From a virus: a stretch of DNA of 64,000 nucleotides. The notes below the pieces were generated by a model. It did not search any database, was not told where the DNA came from, and saw only the letters and a list, made by a program, of their open reading frames with translations. The stretch is taken from IMG/VR virus record IMGVR_UViG_3300036766_002281, positions 1 to 64,000 of that record; one strand, given 5' to 3'. The position numbers and the translations under genes were made by a program. This document shows, piece after piece, positions 57,293 to 64,000 of this stretch (the first letter of the stretch is position 1; each line of letters opens with the position of its first letter).

Positions 57293-57478
57293 ATGGTTAT
57301 GAAGAGAACTGGAAAGTCTACAGTGATTGCTGTTGGAGAGGCTGAAACAGAAGTTGAAGAACAAACTCAAACTCAAACTCAAACTCAAGAATCTTCGAAG
57401 AGCAATAGCAAGGGCGGGTCTAAATCATCTTCGAGTAAAATAAAAATCAAGATGAAACAAAAATCAATTGATTTTTGA
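57293..57478 (+). CDS. Small low-complexity protein
   Basis: SD AAGGAGG; (QT)n repeat. Confidence 0.55.
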   Translation: MVMKRTGKSTVIAVGEAETEVEEQTQTQTQTQESSKSNSKGGSKSSSSKIKIKMKQKSIDF

Positions 57479-57515
57479 CTTTTTGAATTTTGAATTTTAG
57501 TGGTTTTTAAAACGA

Positions 57516-57559
57516 ACTCCCTTTAAAATGGATTTAAATTGATTCATTTTAAAGGGAGT
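57516..57559 (+). promoter_or_regulatory. Hairpin sequestering the SD of the protease gene
   Basis: ACTCCCTTTAAAATG / CATTTTAAAGGGAGT perfect 15-bp inverted repeat ending 5 nt before the GTG start. Confidence 0.7.
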
Positions 57560-57564
57560 GCCTA

Positions 57565-60456
57565 GTGAGTTTTTTTAAATCTGCAAAGACAGAAATTCTT
57601 TCTTTCACAGATAATTTAACAAATCCTTCTATAATTAGTAAATCTGCTAGTATTCAAAAGATAGCTAGCTTCTATAACGACAATCCTCCTGTAGCTGAAG
57701 ATATAGCTTCCAAATTAGAATCTGTCGCTGAATCCTATTCTATTAGCACTAATCCAAAAGATTATGTTTATGTTGCTGTAAGAGCCCTTACAGCAGATCT
57801 TCCAAATGAAAATTTTGATGCTTTCTCCGAAAAGGAGCTTTTGAGGTTCGAACCTAAGTTTGGATGTAAGGTTTATCAAACTTTTAAAATGAAACCCCAT
57901 CATGTCAATCATCGTTCTGCTGATCCTAAACAAGCTCGTGGTGTTATTCTTGACGCTCATTACAATACCAAGAACGAAAAACACTTTCCAGAAATTCTTA
58001 TTGCAGTAGACAAAACCAAAGACAAAAAATTGGCAGAAGGAATTGTGAGTGGGGATATTCCCGGGTTTAGCATGGGATGCACAGCTGATTGGACTATTTG
58101 TGCCGTTTGCGACCATAAGGCATCTTCTCCAGCAGACTTTTGTAATCATATTCGTTTCCACAAAGGAAAAGAAATTAACAGTAAAGTGGCTTTTGAATGG
58201 TGCGAAGGAGTTTGTTTCGAAGAGGAATCAAGCGTAGATGATCCAGCGGACAAAGAAGCTTTAACACAAGAAGTTATTTTGGCAAGCAAAGGCTTAAGTA
58301 AAGATTTACAGATGGAAACTGAGTTTTTGGCATTGAATACGAAGGTCAACCAACTTAACGCGGGATTAAATAAAGTGATTGATAAATTAGATGGTAAGAG
58401 TACCCCGCTTTTAAAGGCGGCTTCGAATTCAAAGAAAGCTAATCCTCTTATGGTAGCTCCAGAGCAAGAGGAAGAGTCTGACGTAGAAAAGAAAAAGACC
58501 AAGAATTTTGAAAAGTATACGAAAGATAAAAAAGAAGAAGATGAAAAACAGATGTCTGGCACTGAGTATGGTGTAATTCCGGACATGGAAACAGAGAGAG
58601 GGCGAGGAGTGGAAAACACAGCTAAGAAATCAGAAGGTATTAAAATGGCAAAAAATCCTTATCTGAAACAAGCTCTTGATTCTGCTGGTAAAGAGTATTG
58701 GAGTAAGTATTTGGCAGATTATGGGAAAGATATAACAAAGGATGTTAAAAAGAAAAAGCTTTCTTCTGAAACCAAAAAAGCTGATTCAGGCCAAATGTGG
58801 AAAGGTACAGCTAAAGGTGGTGGTAACCCTCCAGCTGAATTCAAGATTGATAGAAAACCGGGAAATCCTCCTGCGGAGTTCAAATTTGCTGGATTGTACA
58901 AGGATGTTGAGATTTACCCTTCTAAAAAATCTTATCTGCTTGTTGCCAAATCCAAATGTCCTATTTATTTGATTTCTTGTAAGGATGAAAAAGTCAATCT
59001 TAAACATGCTGCTTCAGATATTTTGAAATCAGTAATCACTGTAGGATTGGCTTCAACAATGAAGAAGTTCGAAGCCATCCAACTTAAGTCCTACACGCCT
59101 ACTTTCAAACCTTCGCTTGTAGAAGAGTTTTCAAGCGATGTTCGGGATAAGAGTTTAAGAACTAAGCCTACGGAAGGCGTCAATGAAGATGGAGTTGTTG
59201 ACAAAGGTAAACCTTTTATGAAAGGTAAATTCAGAGAAGATTCTGTTGATGCTGACGGGGTTAATACAGTTAAGCTCTCTTCTGCCGAGATGAATAGGCG
59301 GATTACCGCTATGCAAGATCTTATGCAAATGATTGACGATGAGCAATCTAAAGGAACAGCTCAAGAAGAGATTGTAAAGATGATTGATACCTGGATTGAG
59401 AATTGGGATAAATCAGGACGTCCTGCAATCACACCAGGTTCAGGAACATCAGTTGTACCTGGAGCTAGCCCCGGAACTACTTCTGCAACTCCTGCTGGAC
59501 CAATGGCACGTGTGCAAAAAAAGAAAGCGAAAGAAGCTGGATCTCAGGATAGAGCTTTGTCAGATCTTGCTAACCAGGATAGATTTAAAAAGGAAGAATC
59601 TGCCCCGGTAACAGCAGATGGTACTGACGATCTTGCTAAAATACAAAGAGATACCACTAAGGCAGATGAAATATGGTCGGCAGGAAAAGACGATTTAAAC
59701 ATTACTCGTAAGCAAGTGGTAGATCTTAAAGCAGAAAAAGAAAATCCATATTCTAAGGCATCTAGCAGACCTAGAATTTCTTACGAGACCAAAGAAACAG
59801 CAGTGAATGAAAAGAACTGGAAAGAAGTTTCTGATAAGAAATGGAAAGCTATCCAGAAAGCAGAAGTAGAACGTATTCAAAAGGAAAGTTCAAAACAAGT
59901 GCAAGAGTTTAAAACAGCTTTCAGACAGAGGCTTGTCAGAGCCTTGAAATTAGCTTCCATGCGTTCTGATTTAAACCTGATTGAAAGTCCATTAAAAATG
60001 CATCTGGCAGATGTTTTAATCGAGGAAAATGGGGACTATACAGGTATGGATACTGAGTTAGCCACCAATTTAATTGAGAATGCCTTTGCTAGTACAGGAT
60101 CAGCCCATATTGAATATCTTTTGAAGGAAGCGGAATCCTACATTGATATGCCAGAAGAAAGCTTCTTAGCAATTGAAGAAGATACAAAGAAGTTGAATTT
60201 GGTGCTTCCTGTAGCAGATGTGACGGATCGTCCAGGAGGAGAGTTCCCAATGTCTCTTGGAGAAGGTGAGGAAGGATTTTTAGATGAATCCGAACCGGGA
60301 TTAGACCTTGGTATGGAAGAGGAAGAAATAGGTTCCCCGGCAGAAGAGCTTGCAACTAAAGCTTCTAAATCTAATCCAGTTTTTACACCTCATGATAGTT
60401 CAACGGTTGGTAGATTCAGTGAGTTGAAGGGAATTTTTAGGAATCGTTTTAAGTAA
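57565..60456 (+). CDS. Prohead (capsid maturation) protease fused to scaffold
   Basis: NENFDAF, HVNH, GVILDA, FSMGC, CAVC..C.H, FEEESSVDDPAD; long charged C-terminal region; possible internal start at 58645. Confidence 0.8.
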   Translation: MSFFKSAKTEILSFTDNLTNPSIISKSASIQKIASFYNDNPPVAEDIASKLESVAESYSISTNPKDYVYVAVRALTADLPNENFDAFSEKELLRFEPKFGCKVYQTFKMKPHHVNHRSADPKQARGVILDAHYNTKNEKHFPEILIAVDKTKDKKLAEGIVSGDIPGFSMGCTADWTICAVCDHKASSPADFCNHIRFHKGKEINSKVAFEWCEGVCFEEESSVDDPADKEALTQEVILASKGLSKDLQMETEFLALNTKVNQLNAGLNKVIDKLDGKSTPLLKAASNSKKANPLMVAPEQEEESDVEKKKTKNFEKYTKDKKEEDEKQMSGTEYGVIPDMETERGRGVENTAKKSEGIKMAKNPYLKQALDSAGKEYWSKYLADYGKDITKDVKKKKLSSETKKADSGQMWKGTAKGGGNPPAEFKIDRKPGNPPAEFKFAGLYKDVEIYPSKKSYLLVAKSKCPIYLISCKDEKVNLKHAASDILKSVITVGLASTMKKFEAIQLKSYTPTFKPSLVEEFSSDVRDKSLRTKPTEGVNEDGVVDKGKPFMKGKFREDSVDADGVNTVKLSSAEMNRRITAMQDLMQMIDDEQSKGTAQEEIVKMIDTWIENWDKSGRPAITPGSGTSVVPGASPGTTSATPAGPMARVQKKKAKEAGSQDRALSDLANQDRFKKEESAPVTADGTDDLAKIQRDTTKADEIWSAGKDDLNITRKQVVDLKAEKENPYSKASSRPRISYETKETAVNEKNWKEVSDKKWKAIQKAEVERIQKESSKQVQEFKTAFRQRLVRALKLASMRSDLNLIESPLKMHLADVLIEENGDYTGMDTELATNLIENAFASTGSAHIEYLLKEAESYIDMPEESFLAIEEDTKKLNLVLPVADVTDRPGGEFPMSLGEGEEGFLDESEPGLDLGMEEEEIGSPAEELATKASKSNPVFTPHDSSTVGRFSELKGIFRNRFK

Positions 60457-60559
60457 TAAGTTAGACGATTAGGAACAGGAACAGGTGCAGGTAAGGACAA
60501 GAAACAAAAACGAACGAAAACGAACGAATCGAAAAGAACAATAGAAGGAGTATAAAGAA

Positions 60560-61273
60560 ATGGCAATCGATCTTAAAAGAAGTTTCATCGGTAGGGAAGT
60601 TGGAAATAAAACGGTAGAACCAACTACCTCTTTCAACGCGGGTATGATTGGAACTATCAATTCTTCTGGCAATGTTGCCGTCTGTGATTCTACAGCAGTG
60701 CCGGCAGGTATCTTGAAATGGAATAAGACATCTACAGAGTATGGTGTAACTGTTGATGAGCCAGTGGTTATGAATACGGATGGGACTACTGCTTCTAATC
60801 TGAAACATGCCAATGTTTCTAACGTTAAAGTTAGAAGTGTTGCTGGTGGTGGTACAACCTATATCTTGACTACAGACTATACTGTTAACGCTGTTAATGG
60901 TACAGTTACAAGGGTGGCAACCATTACTTCTGGTGCCACTGTGTATATTTCTTACACCTACCAGTTAACGGCAAATGATCTGGCTTCCAATGTTGCCGCT
61001 CCTGGTTATACCGGTCTTAATTTTCAATTAAGCACGGATGACACTCAGGGAAGTAACAAGATAACGCTGATTCAAGGGGTTAGCACAGTCTACACAGACC
61101 AGTACGATACCTCTAGAAACTATGCGATTAACGACGTGTTGTATTGCACTTCTGCCGGGATCTTTATCAACACTCCGGTTGGACCAGCATACAAGTTTGG
61201 AAGGGTTATCTCCGTGCCAACAGCATCTGATCCATTTCTCGGCGTAGAAGGTAACTTTATTCAAGATAGATAA
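60560..61273 (+). CDS. Head decoration / minor capsid protein
   Basis: T/V/G-rich; YTDQYDT..Y..ND.LY...G and GRVISVPTASDPFLG; directly upstream of MCP. Confidence 0.7.
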   Translation: MAIDLKRSFIGREVGNKTVEPTTSFNAGMIGTINSSGNVAVCDSTAVPAGILKWNKTSTEYGVTVDEPVVMNTDGTTASNLKHANVSNVKVRSVAGGGTTYILTTDYTVNAVNGTVTRVATITSGATVYISYTYQLTANDLASNVAAPGYTGLNFQLSTDDTQGSNKITLIQGVSTVYTDQYDTSRNYAINDVLYCTSAGIFINTPVGPAYKFGRVISVPTASDPFLGVEGNFIQDR

Positions 61274-61281
61274 TCTGATTT

Positions 61282-61313
61282 CAGGCTAGACTAGTCTAGT
61301 CTAGACTAGCCTG
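61282..61313. repeat. Near-palindrome made of five CTAG units
   Basis: CAGG-CTAG-A-CTAG-T-CTAG-T-CTAG-A-CTAG-CCTG. Confidence 0.75.
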
Positions 61314-61387
61314 GGTTGGATTAAGACAAATTGAATTCAAAATGAACCAAGAAAAGAACGATTGAAAATGAAAAGGAGTTTATAAAA

Positions 61388-62542
61388 ATGTTAAAAACCA
61401 ATCCGTATAGGAAAGCTGCTAAAAAGGCAACCATTCCTAGCAAGACAAATGAAAAAGTATTTGATGAAGCTGGAAAATACAATCCAAGACCTATTGGAAG
61501 AATGAGAGGCGATGGTAAAATAGTTGCTGCAAAATCTGGTCGGATGTTTGACAAGTCAGGGCAGGTCAACGCATACGACAATAAAGATTTGCTTCAGCAG
61601 GTTGCCTATCTTCTCCAGAATGTAACAAAAGAGAATCCAGTTCCAAAAGAAGCCATGAGAAAAGAATCTGCTCTTTCTAAATCTGCAAAACAGAGAGCAA
61701 TCGTGGCGGCTTTCAAAGATCCAACAGGAGAAGGATTCCATATGATTGGCCAGGAATTACTTGCTCCAATCAAGGAACTCATCGACTATGAAGGTTGGGC
61801 AAGAAAGTGCTTGAGAGTTCGGCCTTTAGCTCAGGGTGAGATCTTCCGTTTGACGAAAGACGTTGCATATCAAACGGTTTCCTGGGTTATCGGACAGGAT
61901 GGTATGACTCCTGAATCAAGGGTGATTGGTCGGTATGTTGTCGGTCCAGAATTCAAAGTGACCGCCTTCGTAGATATCGATATCGCTGAGATCTACCAAA
62001 TGCAGTTCGATGGACTCGATCGGGCACAAGACCTGGCCAGACAGGACATCGAAAGAAAAGAAGATCAGGCTTTCATCACGGCACTAGACAAAGCTTCGAC
62101 CACTTACAATTCAATTACCTACTTCTCTAGCTTATCAGTTTCAGCTTTTGAAGATGTCCGGTTTCAGGTTGAACGTAACCGGTTGGTAGTTGATAAATTT
62201 CTCATTAACCGTCAAGAGTTGTCTGATGTTGTTAAGACAATGTCCGGGGCGGTTGATCCAGCCACTCAGAGAGAGTTGATCCTTTCTGGGTACATTGGAA
62301 ATATTTTAAATACCCAGATCGTAACATCAGCGGGTACAGGAACTTTCGAAGTTGTCCCTGCTGGAAAGATCTACGCGGTTCCAGCAGCGGAATATCTTGG
62401 AGACATGGGTATTCGTATCGATCTGTTCTCAGAGCCCTACAACAGATATGCAGTTGGAGAAACTGTTAAGGGCTGGGCCCTGATCGAGCAAATTGGATAC
62501 ATTCTTCCGAATGCTCGTGCAGCTGCAAAAGGTAGCAAATAA
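61388..62542 (+). CDS. Major capsid protein (HK97-type fold inferred)
   Basis: Position after portal-protease-decoration genes, 384 aa, strong SD AAGGAG, C-terminal GWALIEQIG, strong hairpin after the stop. Confidence 0.85.
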   Translation: MLKTNPYRKAAKKATIPSKTNEKVFDEAGKYNPRPIGRMRGDGKIVAAKSGRMFDKSGQVNAYDNKDLLQQVAYLLQNVTKENPVPKEAMRKESALSKSAKQRAIVAAFKDPTGEGFHMIGQELLAPIKELIDYEGWARKCLRVRPLAQGEIFRLTKDVAYQTVSWVIGQDGMTPESRVIGRYVVGPEFKVTAFVDIDIAEIYQMQFDGLDRAQDLARQDIERKEDQAFITALDKASTTYNSITYFSSLSVSAFEDVRFQVERNRLVVDKFLINRQELSDVVKTMSGAVDPATQRELILSGYIGNILNTQIVTSAGTGTFEVVPAGKIYAVPAAEYLGDMGIRIDLFSEPYNRYAVGETVKGWALIEQIGYILPNARAAAKGSK

Positions 62543-62572
62543 GTAAGTAGTAAAAGTGGTTTATCTAGGCCC

Positions 62573-62614
62573 AACAAGGTAGGTACTCTTAAAGTGGGTA
62601 CCTACCTTGTTTTC
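62573..62614 (+). terminator. Intrinsic terminator-like hairpin after MCP
   Basis: AACAAGGTAGGTAC / GTACCTACCTTGTT 14-bp stem followed by TTCT. Confidence 0.7.
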
Positions 62615-62715
62615 TATCACCACAAAATGGAAAGGAGGAAATCTAACGTCTTTCCATACCTGTTTATCTAATGGTAGGTAAACAGAGGTCAACCAGCAAT
62701 CTGAGGAGACATTCT

Positions 62716-63729
62716 ATGAATGGTCCCTCCAATAAAAACAAGGAGGTTCTTGTTCTCGATGGAGATGGAAAGTATCTTTTACCAACTACACCTGCACTTG
62801 CTCGTAAGCTGCTAAATGAAGGCAAAGCAAGGGTAGTATCGAAAGATCCTTTTTCAATTTCCTTATTCAAGAACGTAGAATCCCCAAACACATCACGGAG
62901 GTATGAAACAATGAAGGCAATCAACTTACATGAGTATTTTAACGTATCAAAAGCAGTTTATATTCAAAACATCAGTGACCCTATTGGTGTTATCAGTTTA
63001 ACGTTCAAAAAACTCAACGGGGAAATTATTCCCTGCCCAATTCTCTCCTCAAGAAATCCAATTATACTAACTGATAAAGTAGCGTTTGAAGATATCAAGG
63101 AAAGTATCGAATTTAGGACCTATCTTCGCGCTAATAGTTATGGACCTGCCAAGTTACAGCTTTTAACGGAGGAAGAGTTCAACGGTTATTATGACCGAAG
63201 AGCTAAAGAAATAGGGGCATCCACTTCAGAACTTATTGAAGAAACGCATAGGAAAGCAGAAAGCATTGCGGCAAGAGAGAAAATCGTTACAGAGAAAGAG
63301 GCGTTTGTGGATCCAAGAACTATGGATCACTCTATCCTTGAACCTGAAGTCAACACAAGAGTTATTTCTACCTGTCAGCAACTGGATCCTTCTAATCCAA
63401 GCAAAATTAGTGCAAGAGATGCCATTGACACCTTTAATTCTTTGAATATGACTCAGGTGGATTATGATTATATTTTATCAAATTGCTTTGACAGATTAGA
63501 AAAGAATAATGCAGTTATTCGGAAGTGGGCTATGGGCAGGTTGAAGGATATAAATGGTCCTTCGATGGCTCATTCTGAAATTATCATGCCACAGCAGGAA
63601 ACAGAGCAATTACAAAAGGATCTTAATCCACCAGTACAACGGACACAAACCAAAGAGAAGAAAGCCGCTCCTCAACAAAAAGAGCTAAATCAAGCTAGAG
63701 TAAAAGTAGGCGCCGGTGCGAGTAAGTAG
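62716..63729 (+). CDS. Protein with N-terminal IscB-type PLMP (RRXRR) domain and unrelated C-terminal body
   Basis: VLVLDGDGKYLLPTTPALARKLLNEGKARVVSKDPFSISL; SD GAGGAG before 62716; second in-frame SD GGAGG and ATG at 62911. Confidence 0.75.
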   Translation: MNGPSNKNKEVLVLDGDGKYLLPTTPALARKLLNEGKARVVSKDPFSISLFKNVESPNTSRRYETMKAINLHEYFNVSKAVYIQNISDPIGVISLTFKKLNGEIIPCPILSSRNPIILTDKVAFEDIKESIEFRTYLRANSYGPAKLQLLTEEEFNGYYDRRAKEIGASTSELIEETHRKAESIAAREKIVTEKEAFVDPRTMDHSILEPEVNTRVISTCQQLDPSNPSKISARDAIDTFNSLNMTQVDYDYILSNCFDRLEKNNAVIRKWAMGRLKDINGPSMAHSEIIMPQQETEQLQKDLNPPVQRTQTKEKKAAPQQKELNQARVKVGAGASK

Positions 63730-63769
63730 TAGAGAGTAGAGAGTAGGTGCGTGCGTGGAGGATCTGGAA

Positions 63770-64000
63770 ATGGTTGAACCCGTAGTGGTTAAAGAAGTAT
63801 TTGAACTACCTTCTTTAACAGAGAGGAACATTCTAGTAAAAATTCCAGATCGTTTCCACAGAAATATTTTCTTGTGGATGCATTCAATTCGTCCAATTAG
63901 CTACGAGTATGATGTTCGTACGGAAAAGACTTCTCTAAAATTAGGGAAGTCTTTTCCGGAGCATTCTATTCCTTTTTTGGTTTTATACAAAGGCAGAGTT
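63770..64000 (+). CDS. Hypothetical protein, 3'-truncated by the window
   Basis: SD GGAGG then ATG; frame open to the window end. Confidence 0.6.
   Translation, partial: MVEPVVVKEVFELPSLTERNILVKIPDRFHRNIFLWMHSIRPISYEYDVRTEKTSLKLGKSFPEHSIPFLVLYKGRV

Noticed and set aside
58822-58885. GNPPAEFK duplication in the scaffold as a separate element
   Set aside because: A simple two-copy in-frame duplication within a low-complexity region, with no further support.
150-62924. Minus-strand ORFs and short alternate-frame + ORFs in the track
   Set aside because: Nearly all are shadows of longer + strand genes or overlap the structured RNA, have atypical composition, and show no motifs.
62671-63729. Complete IscB/IsrB nuclease
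   Set aside because: No RuvC-I GIDxG, arginine-rich bridge helix or HNH follows the PLMP segment.
1-64000. Stop-codon reassignment as in some large phages
   Set aside because: Conserved genes (sbcC, nrdJ, terL, portal, MCP) are full length in the standard code, and TAA, TAG and TGA all end genes at tight junctions.

Overview
A 64-kb, AT-rich, densely coding segment of a large (probably jumbo) tailed phage. All credible genes lie on the + strand and use the standard code. From left to right: (1) 0.2-7.2 kb, a recombination block (RuvC-like resolvase, Mre11/SbcD, Rad50/SbcC) flanked by two paralogous HNH-type endonucleases, with a highly structured ~280-nt tRNA-mimic RNA and an orphan IS200/IS605 right end upstream of sbcC. 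(2) 7-31 kb, an accessory region of acidic proteins and Zn-ribbon miniproteins, in which 15 copies of one ~31-aa leader (consensus MLxKIKEFQRxAxxLxRxxNSVEEFKLWLEA) are attached to unrelated payloads. (3) 31-39 kb, a PLD nuclease, an unannotated 57-aa ORF copying a segment of the major capsid protein, an FtsZ homologue, a solo TnpB, three exported FN3 proteins and an outer-membrane beta-barrel (suggesting a diderm host). (4) 39-64 kb, the packaging/head module: terminase, an intein-bearing metalloprotease-like gene, NUDIX-HAD and nucleotidyltransferase-2H fusions, an M15 peptidase, class II RNR, WYL, intein-bearing portal, protease/scaffold, decoration protein, major capsid protein, and a gene carrying an IscB-type PLMP domain. 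Best candidate for an undescribed system: a recombinogenic cassette array of 'leader + K-x-A linker + variable payload' genes plus K-x-A-punctuated polyproteins. I infer this is a capsid-targeting and protease-processing code for loading many internal head or ejected proteins. All calls come from reading motifs by eye; no searches were run.
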